The translations under genes were made by a program, and so were the position numbers. Below are positions 34,170-47,403 of a stretch of DNA of 62,133 nt, one piece after another; positions within the stretch are counted from its first letter, which is position 1, and every line of letters starts with the position of its first letter. Below the pieces are notes generated by a model. The model was given only the letters and a program-made list of their open reading frames with translations, searched no databases and was not told where the DNA came from. Source of the stretch: Ruminococcus bicirculans (ex Wegman et al. 2014) (GTDB taxonomy: Bacteria; Bacillota; Clostridia; Christensenellales; DTU072); NCBI GenBank assembly GCA_963642145.1, contig CAVIFU010000004.1, forward strand, positions 1-62,133, in the 5' to 3' direction.

Positions 34170-35606
34170 TTAATCTGCCTCTTCCTCGGTAATCGTTTCG
34201 GCTGTTTCCGCCACTGCGGCGGTTTCGGCAACCAACGAACCGTCCTTTGCTCTACCGTGATGTTTTTTGTGTTCGATAACGGCAAATCCGCGTTTACGCG
34301 TTACAAAGTACGCCGAGCAGGTGATTATACCGCCTACCGCCCAGCCTACAGGCCAAGCGTACCATATGCCCATCAAACCGAATGACGGCGCCAAAGAAAG
34401 GCTCAATATCACCCTCAAAAGCAGATCCGTAAACGTGCCTATCATAAATATCGTCATGTGCCCGGTTCCGCGCAGCACGCCGTCGGACGCCATCTTGACT
34501 CCGACAAAGATGAAAAAGTACGGCACGTACGTCAAAAATTGCACACTTGCTTTGATTGCGTCCGCGTCGCCGTCGGTGATGAATATCTTGGTAAGCGGTG
34601 TTGCGGCAAATATAAATACGATGGCAAACAGCACCGCCATGGCCTCTATCATTATGAGTTCGGCTTTGTAACCGCGTCTGATACGATCGGGCTTGCCGGC
34701 TCCGAAATTCTGCGAAGCGAAGTTGGACATTCCGTTACCGAACGACAACATCGAGGTTATCGCAAGGTTATTGAGCTTGATTGCCGCGGCATAGCCTGCA
34801 ATGGCGCTTGTGCCGAATCCGTTGATCGCGCGCTGTATTACGAGGTTGCCTACCGAAATTGCGCCTTGTTGGAGTATGCTCGGAACGGCAATTTTGGTAA
34901 CTTCTCCGAGGATTTTGAAGTCAAACGCCTTGGCTTTGCCCTCGTGATTCATCTTCTTGAGTCTCAAAAGCACGCAGATAAGCGCAAGCACACCGCTCAA
35001 ACCTTGGCACATAAACGTTGCCCACGCCACGCTCGCTACGCCTATATCGAAGCATTTGACAAACAGTATGTCCGCGCCGATATTGCCGAGCGACGACGCC
35101 GCAAGGAATATAAACGGCGTGATGGAATCGCCGAGCGCCGAGAATATACCGGTTGCGATATTATATATCAACACGAAAATAAATCCCGCCAAGTATATGT
35201 ATAGATATTCGAGTGAAGGCTCCAAAATTTCCGCCGGGGTATTCAAAAGGATAAGTAATGGTTTGGATACGGCTATTCCCACGCCCGTGAGCACCGCGCC
35301 TATAACCAAACTCGCTATCAGCGACGTATATGCAGTTGTGCGCGTGTTTCTGTAATCTTTCGCGCCGAAGTACCTTGCCACGACTACGGAAACGCCTATA
35401 TTCAATCCGAAAGCGAATGCAATGTATATCAACGTCACTTCGTACGAGTTGCCCACCGCCGCGAGCGCGGACGTTCCCAAATAATGTCCGGCGACAAAGC
35501 TGTCGGCTACGTTGTAGAGTTGTTGAAAAATAATACTTCCGAACAGCGGCAACGAATAAGCAAACAAAACCTTAAACGGTTTACCTACCGTCAAATCTTT
35601 ATTCAT
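34170..35606 (-). CDS. MATE family efflux transporter
   Basis: A 12-TM protein with the typical N-terminus KPFKVLFAYSLPLFGSIIFQQLYNVADSFVAG. Confidence 0.85.
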   Translation of the reverse strand: MNKDLTVGKPFKVLFAYSLPLFGSIIFQQLYNVADSFVAGHYLGTSALAAVGNSYEVTLIYIAFAFGLNIGVSVVVARYFGAKDYRNTRTTAYTSLIASLVIGAVLTGVGIAVSKPLLILLNTPAEILEPSLEYLYIYLAGFIFVLIYNIATGIFSALGDSITPFIFLAASSLGNIGADILFVKCFDIGVASVAWATFMCQGLSGVLALICVLLRLKKMNHEGKAKAFDFKILGEVTKIAVPSILQQGAISVGNLVIQRAINGFGTSAIAGYAAAIKLNNLAITSMLSFGNGMSNFASQNFGAGKPDRIRRGYKAELIMIEAMAVLFAIVFIFAATPLTKIFITDGDADAIKASVQFLTYVPYFFIFVGVKMASDGVLRGTGHMTIFMIGTFTDLLLRVILSLSLAPSFGLMGIWYAWPVGWAVGGIITCSAYFVTRKRGFAVIEHKKHHGRAKDGSLVAETAAVAETAETITEEEAD

Positions 35607-35712
35607 GCGTATATCCTCCCGAGATTACGCAAGTAAAATACTCCCCCGCGTTTGTAAACGCAAGCGTTCAAGCATCTTTTAATTCCGATTTTACAATTTT
35701 TTTACAGTCAAA

Positions 35713-36540
35713 TTATCGCTTGGCTTTGTCGGAACGCACGTGTCCCGTCCTGATTACCAAGCCGCCGTCAAACTTCTCGCGCTCGCGATATATCGTTATG
35801 CGTGAAAATATCGCGTTCTTTTTGTACTTTTCGAGGCAATCTTCGCCGATTTCTCTGACCGCAGAAACAAGTTCTTGCGGTAATTTCCCGTCAACGTGCC
35901 CCCATAACAGCGTATGCGCTTTGCTAAGTTCCTCTATGCGTTTAGCCGTTACCAGCCACTCGTCAACGTAGGCGGCATTCGGCAAAAACAACCAGGGCGC
36001 CGGACACATATTGTCGCCGGTAAACACTATACCCGTTTTGTCGTCAAACAGCAAAATACTGCCGTACGTATGCCCGGGCGCGTGTTCCACTCTTACGTTG
36101 CGGTCTCCGAGCTCAAACACGTAGCCGTCCTCTATCGGAACGATCTCCGGACGCTTCTTGTACCGCACAAGGTCTTTGAGCTTGACTCCCTCGGTTATGA
36201 CGCCCTTACACCAAATAAAAAAGAAAGCCCTTACAAAGTAGCTCGTCATGAATCGATATATCCTGCCGGTATCCTTCGTATGAACAAAAATCCGCTCGAA
36301 TTGACCGTCTCCGCCCACGTGATCAACGTGCCCGTGGGTGCCCACAACGTATAACGGCTTGTCCGTCACGGCTTCAACCGCCTCTTTCAAACCGCCTATT
36401 CCAATACCGCAATCGATGAGCAAGGCACGCTCGCTGCCTACCACGAGGTAGCAGTTGGCAACGCCGAAATCGCTTATCCTGTAAACTCCGTCGGCAACTT
36501 TCTCTATCGGATGGTCGGTACGCAAACGCTCTGAACGCAT
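35713..36540 (-). CDS. MBL-fold metallo-hydrolase
   Basis: The HxHxDH motif (GTHGHVDHVGG) and a later HAPGHT. Confidence 0.85.
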   Translation of the reverse strand: MRSERLRTDHPIEKVADGVYRISDFGVANCYLVVGSERALLIDCGIGIGGLKEAVEAVTDKPLYVVGTHGHVDHVGGDGQFERIFVHTKDTGRIYRFMTSYFVRAFFFIWCKGVITEGVKLKDLVRYKKRPEIVPIEDGYVFELGDRNVRVEHAPGHTYGSILLFDDKTGIVFTGDNMCPAPWLFLPNAAYVDEWLVTAKRIEELSKAHTLLWGHVDGKLPQELVSAVREIGEDCLEKYKKNAIFSRITIYREREKFDGGLVIRTGHVRSDKAKR

Positions 36541-37505
36541 TACTCTATATTCTCGATAAATTCTTTGACGGTGTTGCGATAGGTTTCGGGATCACGCATA
36601 TACGCTTGAGTGTGACCGGCTCCCTCCACCATGAGTAAGCCTTTCGGCGCCGTGCATGACTCGTACAAAGCCTCACACATATACGCCGGGATAATCATAT
36701 CCTTTGCGCCGTGTATGAACAAAATCGGCAAACACGCGGTCTCTGTATACTTAACTATATTCGTCCTGAAATCCGTACCCGCATACCTTTTGGCAAACAG
36801 CTCCGCAATGTGAAGTATCGGGAACGGCGCAAGCTTGTATACCTGCTTCATTTGATATTCCAAAACGTCCCAAAGCTTGCTGTACGCGCTGTCTTCAATT
36901 ATACATTTGACGCTCCGCGGAAGCCCTACGCCGGCGTCTATCAACGCGGAAACGGCGCCCGTAGAGTACGCATGAATGATGATTCGGGTATCCGAAAACC
37001 GCTCTTCGGCAGCCGAAATCCATTTAAGTACGTCTTTTGCTTCCGACACGCCAAATCCGATGTTCGCGCCGCCGCTCTCGCCTTGACCTCTGCCGGTAAC
37101 GAGTAGCAGGTTGTAACCGTTCTCCATATAGAACGGCGCGATGGGCGCAAAACTCGCAAGCGACGTAGTGTTGTACCCCGGGATGCATATTATGGTACCT
37201 TTTGCCCCGTCCGTTTCGTATGCGCGCGCGGAAAGTTTGACGCCGTCGTCGGCGATGACGCTAATCCACTCGTAGGGCACTTCTTTGAACTTCTCTACCG
37301 CTTCTTCGGTAAACTCCGCGTACTTATCGTAGTCGGGTCCGAGAGCGCACAAAAGCGGACTCTTTTTGATGTCGGCGACGCCGTTTTTGCGATGCATGAT
37401 TTCCCTATACGTGATATATCCGAGCAAAAACAGCAGCCCGATTATCACGCCGCACGCGATAACCAAACTGAATATGACTATCAATACTATATCCAATACG
37501 CTCAT
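36540..37505 (-). CDS. Membrane-anchored alpha/beta hydrolase
   Basis: An N-terminal TM helix, the nucleophile-elbow-like HAYSTGA, and a late IHGAKD..GAGH typical of the fold. Confidence 0.75.
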   Translation of the reverse strand: MSVLDIVLIVIFSLVIACGVIIGLLFLLGYITYREIMHRKNGVADIKKSPLLCALGPDYDKYAEFTEEAVEKFKEVPYEWISVIADDGVKLSARAYETDGAKGTIICIPGYNTTSLASFAPIAPFYMENGYNLLLVTGRGQGESGGANIGFGVSEAKDVLKWISAAEERFSDTRIIIHAYSTGAVSALIDAGVGLPRSVKCIIEDSAYSKLWDVLEYQMKQVYKLAPFPILHIAELFAKRYAGTDFRTNIVKYTETACLPILFIHGAKDMIIPAYMCEALYESCTAPKGLLMVEGAGHTQAYMRDPETYRNTVKEFIENIE

Positions 37506-37663
37506 TTAAGCCTCCGAAACAATCGGTTTGTTTAATAAATTATACTACTTATCGTGCGCGTTGTAAAGCAAAAATTTAGGGCACCCAAACCATTGCATTT
37601 AGGTAAATTGGGTATTGAATTTGCGTTCGGGTTATGTTAGAATTGTTCTACGAGGAGATGAAT

Positions 37664-39298
37664 ATGAAATTTTACTTAATGACAGACATCCACTTTTATT
37701 CCAAGCGCAACTACGAAGGCGACCCCTATGCCGGGGACAGGGACGCCGATCAGCTGCAAAAACGCGAGTCTGAAGAGATTCTCAGAGAGGCTTTGGACTA
37801 CATTCTGAAAGCCGGAGACACCGATATCGTGCTGATACCGGGCGATATTACATACGACGCCGAAATTACTTCACACGAAGATTTGATTGCGCTTCTGCAC
37901 GAATACAAAGACAAGGGACTCAAATTTTACATAACGACAGCCACGCACGACTACAAAGAAACCGTCGAGAACCCGTTCGGCAAAGAACTTTTCCGCAACG
38001 GTAAGGCGCGCGGATACGACAAAGATCACAACATTGTGCTTGTCGATTGCTTCAAACGCAAGGATTTGGATGAAGCATACAAAGAATTCGGACGGGCGCA
38101 AGCCGTATCCGCCGACGACTATACAATGTCCTACGCGGTAGACTTTGACGACAACGTCAGACTCCTCGCTCTAAACGACGACTACGAGCACGACCCCAAA
38201 AAGAAGCTCCGCGGCTACGAACGCAACCAATACGCTTGGATATTGCAAGAAGCCGAAAAGGCGAGCAAAGAAGGCAAAACCGTCATCGCCATGACCCATC
38301 ACCCGATGATAACGCCTACTCCGCTATACAAGATAATCGGCAAGCACGACATGCTCGCAAAAGCAGATAAAGCCATAGAGGAATTCGCAGACACCGGCAT
38401 AAACGTAGTGTTCACCGGGCACACACATATCCACGATATAGGTTACCGAGTATCCAAAAACGGTAACCCGTTCTATGATGTAGGCACTTCTTCGCTGATA
38501 GGATTCCCTCCCAACATGCGCAGAGTCGAAGTCATGGGCGACAAGGTAAAAATAGAGACTATCACCCTAAACACTTTGTCCGATTTCGACTTGGGCGGCA
38601 AGACGCTTCCCGAGTATTGTCGCGACGGATTCTTCGGCATGATAGAGAATATGGTCAAGTATATGGCTACCGACGAAAGGCGGTTCGCTTACTACGCAAA
38701 CAGTATGTCCATACGCCCCAACGTCGTGCACAAGTATTGGAAATTCATAAAGGCATTCGGCAAATGGGTAAACAATCTGACGTTCGGCAAGGTTTATAAA
38801 TGGGTGCGCAAGGAAAGCGGACTGAAGAAATCCGACATCCAACCCGTCAAGGATAACAAAGCCGTTCCGCTGATACTCAAACTTGTGGAGAACATCTATA
38901 CCGGCAACGCCGCAATGCGCCCGGATTCCGTCGAATACGGGCTGACCATGGGCACGGTGTCTTTGCTTGACAGCATCATCAAGTGTTTGCCTTTGAACCT
39001 CAAAAAGTTAATCGGACACACCACTCTTGCCGAAGTCATCGCACCTCTACTGTACAACAACGGCATAGACGACTACAACGCCGTGCTCGATCTGCGCGTT
39101 GCGCCCGAGGCGCCGGAACCGCTGCCGATACCGGTAAGCCACAAGGGTCCGTTTATCATAGCCGGGCTGGTGCTGACTCTGATTCTGACGCTGCCGCTGA
39201 CGATTCCCGCAGGGATAATCGTTGCTCTTATAATGCTCCTTAAAAAGATATTCCCGAACAAGAACGACAAAGTGCCGGAACTCCTTACTCACGTATAG
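37664..39298 (+). CDS. Calcineurin-like metallophosphoesterase with C-terminal TM segment
   Basis: Motifs MTDIHFY, IPGDITYD, MTHHP and FTGHTHIHD, with a hydrophobic C-terminus. I chose the ATG at 37664 after AGGAG. Confidence 0.8.
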   Translation: MKFYLMTDIHFYSKRNYEGDPYAGDRDADQLQKRESEEILREALDYILKAGDTDIVLIPGDITYDAEITSHEDLIALLHEYKDKGLKFYITTATHDYKETVENPFGKELFRNGKARGYDKDHNIVLVDCFKRKDLDEAYKEFGRAQAVSADDYTMSYAVDFDDNVRLLALNDDYEHDPKKKLRGYERNQYAWILQEAEKASKEGKTVIAMTHHPMITPTPLYKIIGKHDMLAKADKAIEEFADTGINVVFTGHTHIHDIGYRVSKNGNPFYDVGTSSLIGFPPNMRRVEVMGDKVKIETITLNTLSDFDLGGKTLPEYCRDGFFGMIENMVKYMATDERRFAYYANSMSIRPNVVHKYWKFIKAFGKWVNNLTFGKVYKWVRKESGLKKSDIQPVKDNKAVPLILKLVENIYTGNAAMRPDSVEYGLTMGTVSLLDSIIKCLPLNLKKLIGHTTLAEVIAPLLYNNGIDDYNAVLDLRVAPEAPEPLPIPVSHKGPFIIAGLVLTLILTLPLTIPAGIIVALIMLLKKIFPNKNDKVPELLTHV

Positions 39299-39363
39299 TA
39301 TCGATTCCGAACAGAACCGTTCCGATCGCAAACCTCCGTTTCTAAATTCTCTGTACACTTTTG

Positions 39364-39392
39364 TTGACAAACGCGCGCGCGTTGTCTATAAT
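39364..39392 (+). promoter_or_regulatory. Perfect consensus sigma-A promoter of nifJ, with a palindromic CG tract in the spacer
   Basis: TTGACA (39364-39369), a 17-nt spacer containing AACGCGCGCGCGTT (39370-39383), then TATAAT (39387-39392). Confidence 0.7.
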
Positions 39393-39418
39393 TAACGTGT
39401 ATGTGTATGCGCGTGTAG

Positions 39419-42967
<3,549 letters not shown>

Positions 42968-42987
42968 TTAACCACTACTCCAAAATG

Positions 42988-43016
42988 GGTGCGGAGTACA
43001 TCCGCACCTATTTTTT
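42988..43016 (+). terminator. Rho-independent terminator after nifJ
   Basis: GGTGCGGA-GTACA-TCCGCACC followed by TATTTTTT. Confidence 0.8.
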
Positions 43017-43047
43017 GGGAACAAATATCAATTCAAAGAGGTATATT

Positions 43048-44415
43048 ATGAATTACGACGTTGTTATTATCGGAGGCGGTATAGGCGGTCTGATGAGCGC
43101 GTATCGGCTGACGAAATCCGACCCGAACCTCAAAATTTGCGTTATCGATCGCGGCAGAGCCATCAATAAACGCAGATGTCCCCTTGCCACGCATATGGTC
43201 AACGAGTGCATGCGTTGCAAACAGTGCGCCATTATGGAAGGTATCGGCGGTGCCGGAGCCTTCTCGGACGGCAAATTCAACATCACCACGGAATACGGCG
43301 GTTGGCTACAAGACTACATCGGACCCAAAAAGACTTTGGAATACATCAACCAAGTATCCGATATTTTGGATGAGTTCGGGGCAACCGACAAATATTACTC
43401 CCCGTCGGACGAAATTAAACTCGAATGCTTGAAGCACGACCTCTATCTGATGCAGGCGCGCGTCAAACACTTGGGCACCGACGGCAACTTCCGCGTCATG
43501 TCGAGCTTGATGGATTACCTCAACGAGCATGTCACCGTTCTGACGGAAACAGCCGTTACGGACATCCGCCTTGCCGAAAAATCGGTTGTTCTCGACAACG
43601 GTGAAACTTTGGGTTACGGCAGTTTGGTAATTGCAATAGGCAGGAGCGGTTCCGAGTGGTTCGCCAATTGGTGCCGTAGCAACAGCATAAAAGTTGTCAA
43701 TAACCAAGTCGATTTGGGTGTGCGCGTGGAATTGCCGCGCATCGTTTGGGAAGGCATCTCTTCCCAAATCTACGAACCCAAAATCTTCTACCGCACAAAA
43801 GATCACGGCGATTGCACGCGTACTTTCTGCTTCAACTCCGGCGGTGAAGTCGTAATCGAGAACAACGAAGGCATACTCACCGTCAACGGACACGCAAACG
43901 CCAATCCCGCGCTCAAAACTGAAAATTCCAACTTCGCCATACTCTCCACCACACGTTTTACCCAACCGTTCAACGAGCCGATAGCCTACGCAAAGCATAT
44001 TTGCATGCTTGCCAACATGATTGCCGGCGACGGCGTTATCGTCCAACGCTTCGGCGACCTCGTCAACGGTCAACGCACCAACGAGCATAGGTTGAAGCAA
44101 TCCAGAGTGCGTCCCACCCTCGACGCGGTTGCGGGCGATCTTGCGCTGTGCATCCCCAAACGCCAACTCGACAACATTATCGAGACAATCTACGCGCTCG
44201 ACAAAATCGCACCCGGAACGGCAAACTACGATACGCTACTCTACGGCGTGGAAGCCAAATTCTACTCCATCAAACCGGAGTTCAAGGATGAATACTTCTC
44301 GATAGCTCCCGACGTCTACGCCATAGGCGACGGCGCCGGCGTAACGCGCGGACTTGCCCAAGCAGGCGCGAACGGCTTGTATGTAGCAGACGCAATAAGG
44401 TCAAAAAACAAATAG
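43048..44415 (+). CDS. FAD-dependent oxidoreductase (COG2509-like uncharacterised dehydrogenase)
   Basis: Dinucleotide-binding motif YDVVIIGGGIGGL, a Cys cluster CPLATHMVNECMRCKQC, and a C-terminal AIGDGAG. I chose the ATG at 43048. Confidence 0.8.
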   Translation: MNYDVVIIGGGIGGLMSAYRLTKSDPNLKICVIDRGRAINKRRCPLATHMVNECMRCKQCAIMEGIGGAGAFSDGKFNITTEYGGWLQDYIGPKKTLEYINQVSDILDEFGATDKYYSPSDEIKLECLKHDLYLMQARVKHLGTDGNFRVMSSLMDYLNEHVTVLTETAVTDIRLAEKSVVLDNGETLGYGSLVIAIGRSGSEWFANWCRSNSIKVVNNQVDLGVRVELPRIVWEGISSQIYEPKIFYRTKDHGDCTRTFCFNSGGEVVIENNEGILTVNGHANANPALKTENSNFAILSTTRFTQPFNEPIAYAKHICMLANMIAGDGVIVQRFGDLVNGQRTNEHRLKQSRVRPTLDAVAGDLALCIPKRQLDNIIETIYALDKIAPGTANYDTLLYGVEAKFYSIKPEFKDEYFSIAPDVYAIGDGAGVTRGLAQAGANGLYVADAIRSKNK

Positions 44416-44444
44416 TATCCTATCGGAGAACTTAATCAAATTAC

Positions 44445-44480
44445 AAAACAATAGCAAGGCTTTTGCCTTGCTATTTTACA
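44445..44480. terminator. Bidirectional terminator (FAD gene / GPH transporter)
   Basis: ATAGCAAGGC-TTTT-GCCTTGCTAT (10-bp perfect stem), flanked by an A-rich stretch on one side and a T-rich stretch on the other. Confidence 0.8.
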
Positions 44481-44495
44481 TTTACGCGCACTCGA

Positions 44496-46490
44496 TTATT
44501 TAATTTTAGCATACATGGCGTACGCGTCGGCGACAATATCATCGTAGGTGACGCCGTCTCCGAATTCCCCGTCTACAAAATGGCGGTAATATTGGCATTT
44601 GCGTTTTTGCTCCGCAATGTACGCTTGCTCGTCAAAAGGCATGCCTTTGCGCTCGGCTTTTTGCTTAGCGCGCGCCGTGCGCTCTTTTATCCGCTTGTCT
44701 TCGAGTTCCAGATTCCGGAGCATTTCCGCCACGCCTTCCTCGGTTTGGGCTTCCTCTGTACGCACTTTGGCTTCCTCAAACCGCAAAAGTATAGTTTCTA
44801 TATCTTCCTTGTGCTTGGATATTTCTTCATTGACGAACGCGTCGTTTTTTGCCGTCGCGTAGTCGGTTATCTCCTTGACGTTAAGCACGTCTTCGTCCGT
44901 AAGCTCACCGCTTCCCAAGTTATCGCATGCCGCGCGCAGGCGGAGCACTTTGATTATTTTGGCGTGTTTTTCTTCCGACAGATCGTAGAAGAACAGCGGT
45001 ATAACCGCAAGTACGCCACCGATTAGTCCCAAAATCGTATAGTAGAAATATGCGCCGTCACGCTTGGAATCTATGCGTAACGCCGTATCCAAAGGCTCGC
45101 TGAGACCTATACCGCCGAACGTCAGGAAGAGAGGCGCAAGCACCAGCGTCACAAACCCGAGTATCGTGGTGATAAACGCCGAGTAGTTTTGCCAAAAACC
45201 CTCCAATCTCTTGCCGGTCTTGTACTGTATATCGTCCATGATGTCGGATACCATTATGGATGAGATGTAGTGGAATCCGTTGAATAAGTTTTGGAAGAAC
45301 GCCACAACAAGCAACAGCACGGCGTTTTTGTAGCACAATAGCTGTAATGCTATCATTACCGCGTGCGCTCCGGCGGCGACTATCAGAACCTTTTTCTTGC
45401 CGAATTTTTTGACAAGCAGCGGTCCTATAAGCATGCCGACAAGCAATATATTCATGAGGAGAGTAGTGCAAAAGACGCCTGCGATTGCGCGCGCTTCCGG
45501 CGTGGTAAAGCTGTATTGCTGTATCCAAGAGGTAAACACGGAATATCCGCGCAAGCCCGTAGCGAAGTTAAACAAGCATATTATCCAAAAGTATTTTGAT
45601 TTGGTAAGCATCAACGCGCCTTGCGAGAACTTGACCTTGGCTACATACTTTTTGTGCACGACAACCCTTTCTTTGGTGCCGAACATCGTGAACAGCACAA
45701 GCCCTACCGTGCCTATCGCGCAAAGGGGGAATATTATGCGGTAAACGTTAATATCCGCCCATCCGTCCTTGACGACGTTACCCGCGCCGTCGTACTCTGT
45801 AAACAGCGGCACGAGTATGCTTGCTATAACTATGTTCATTATCGAACTCGGTATGTTGCATATCAAACCGCGAAACGCTCCTATGTTTGCGCGTTCCTGC
45901 GCCACGGTAGAGATTGTTTGCTCTATGCCGGTGAGGCTTTGGGAGAGTAACGTTTGCGCAAACTGCCCGACCTGCACAAGTATAAACATAATAAATGTAG
46001 CAAGCCCCACGGCGTTAACGCTTGACTCCGTAATGCCGAGTAGAGGCATTTCGGGCACGCTTAAACTGAACAAGACGACGTTATTCCAATCCGACGGAAT
46101 AAACGCGATGGCCCCGAGCACCGCCGACGCAACTATTGCGGACGGCAACAAAAAGCCTTTGAACTTACTTTTGTTATTGCCCTTCAAGTGCGCGTTATCG
46201 ATTATCATCGAGAGTATGGGTGCCCGTAAAAGGGTAATTAGGGAGCTCAAAAGCGACAAAACGAGTATCATCCCCGAGGACAGCATAAAGTGCTTGACCA
46301 TAATAACTATACTTGCCGTTATGGTCGTATAGTTGCTGATTATGCTTAGAAACGACAATCCGCCGTACCCGAGAGACAAGTCCAAAAACTCGCGGTACGA
46401 TACGTCGTAACCGCGAGGGGGATGCTTCCAATATGTTTTAAGCTTGAAGTAGCCGTTGCGCAACTTTTCCGCTACGTCGATCTTAGCCAT
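44496..46490 (-). CDS. GPH/MFS-type cation symporter with a ~170-aa charged C-terminal extension (664 aa)
   Basis: About 12 TM segments with a MelB/GPH-like N-terminus. The tail is Glu/Lys-rich and predicted helical (EEAKVRTEEAQTEEGVAEMLRNLELEDKRIKERTARAKQKAERK). Confidence 0.8.
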   Translation of the reverse strand: MAKIDVAEKLRNGYFKLKTYWKHPPRGYDVSYREFLDLSLGYGGLSFLSIISNYTTITASIVIMVKHFMLSSGMILVLSLLSSLITLLRAPILSMIIDNAHLKGNNKSKFKGFLLPSAIVASAVLGAIAFIPSDWNNVVLFSLSVPEMPLLGITESSVNAVGLATFIMFILVQVGQFAQTLLSQSLTGIEQTISTVAQERANIGAFRGLICNIPSSIMNIVIASILVPLFTEYDGAGNVVKDGWADINVYRIIFPLCAIGTVGLVLFTMFGTKERVVVHKKYVAKVKFSQGALMLTKSKYFWIICLFNFATGLRGYSVFTSWIQQYSFTTPEARAIAGVFCTTLLMNILLVGMLIGPLLVKKFGKKKVLIVAAGAHAVMIALQLLCYKNAVLLLVVAFFQNLFNGFHYISSIMVSDIMDDIQYKTGKRLEGFWQNYSAFITTILGFVTLVLAPLFLTFGGIGLSEPLDTALRIDSKRDGAYFYYTILGLIGGVLAVIPLFFYDLSEEKHAKIIKVLRLRAACDNLGSGELTDEDVLNVKEITDYATAKNDAFVNEEISKHKEDIETILLRFEEAKVRTEEAQTEEGVAEMLRNLELEDKRIKERTARAKQKAERKGMPFDEQAYIAEQKRKCQYYRHFVDGEFGDGVTYDDIVADAYAMYAKIK

Positions 46491-47403
46491 ACGTATATTT
46501 GACGTTGCTCATCTTTCTGCCGTTGTCGGTAGGATACCACTTCTTGCCGAATTTGCCGCTGTCTTGCAAAGCGTTTACTTCGGCTTCCGTTTTGTGCACC
46601 GTTACCTCGGTAACGGCTCTGCAATTGTAGAAGGCGTACTCGCCTATTTCCACCACGGTGGAGGGAATTTCTATTTTCGTGAAGCCCGTTATCTTATCGC
46701 CGTCTTGCGTGCGCGTGCAATAGGCAAACGCGTCCTTGCCTATGTATTCGAGTCCCTCGGGGAGCTTAACGTTACAGAGCTCGGTGCATTTGTGGAACGC
46801 CTTTTCTTCTATCCTTTTGAGGGTGGACGGAAGGGTTACGCTACGTATATATCCGCATTTGTAGAAGGCTTTCTGCCTGATAATCTCTACGCCTTCCGGC
46901 ACCACGTAATTTTCGCAATATACGCTGACTTCCAACTTATCGTTAATGGTAACGCCCTTGCGCGTGGGGAAGAAGCAAAGCTCTTTCATGTCCTTGGTAT
47001 ACAACACACCGTCAACGGACGCAAACCATTTGTTGTCTTTGCTCACTACAAAGCCTTTACCGCCCCTTGCCGCGTCGCCGAGGGCTTGGTTGTTGGTAAA
47101 CGCCCACGTGCCTATTTCCCTGACATTCTTGCCTATAGTTATGGTGTAGAGGTTCTCCGCGTTGACAATGCCGAAGTCCGCCACCTTTGTGACGGGTTTG
47201 CCGTCTATCTCGTCGGGAATGGTAATCTCGTGCACGAGAGTGCTGTCCGTATAGCCGACTATGGTGATCTCGCCGTTGTCTTCCACTTTGTATTCGAGGT
47301 TGGTGTCGTCGACTTTCGGATTGCACGCGGTCAGCAGAACCGCCGTGGATATTACGACCGACAACGCTATCAGTAATGAAATAATTTTATGCTTTCTTTT
47401 CAT
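46483..47403 (-). CDS. BspA-type leucine-rich-repeat (LRR_5) lipoprotein
   Basis: Lipobox LTAC and repeated I-P-x-x-V-x-x-I-G-x-x-A-F-x-x-C units (VEIIRQKAFYKC, LKRIEEKAFHKC, LEYIGKDAFAYC, VVEIGEYAFYNC). The ATG at 47403 has GAGGAG upstream. Confidence 0.85.
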   Translation of the reverse strand: MKRKHKIISLLIALSVVISTAVLLTACNPKVDDTNLEYKVEDNGEITIVGYTDSTLVHEITIPDEIDGKPVTKVADFGIVNAENLYTITIGKNVREIGTWAFTNNQALGDAARGGKGFVVSKDNKWFASVDGVLYTKDMKELCFFPTRKGVTINDKLEVSVYCENYVVPEGVEIIRQKAFYKCGYIRSVTLPSTLKRIEEKAFHKCTELCNVKLPEGLEYIGKDAFAYCTRTQDGDKITGFTKIEIPSTVVEIGEYAFYNCRAVTEVTVHKTEAEVNALQDSGKFGKKWYPTDNGRKMSNVKYTYG

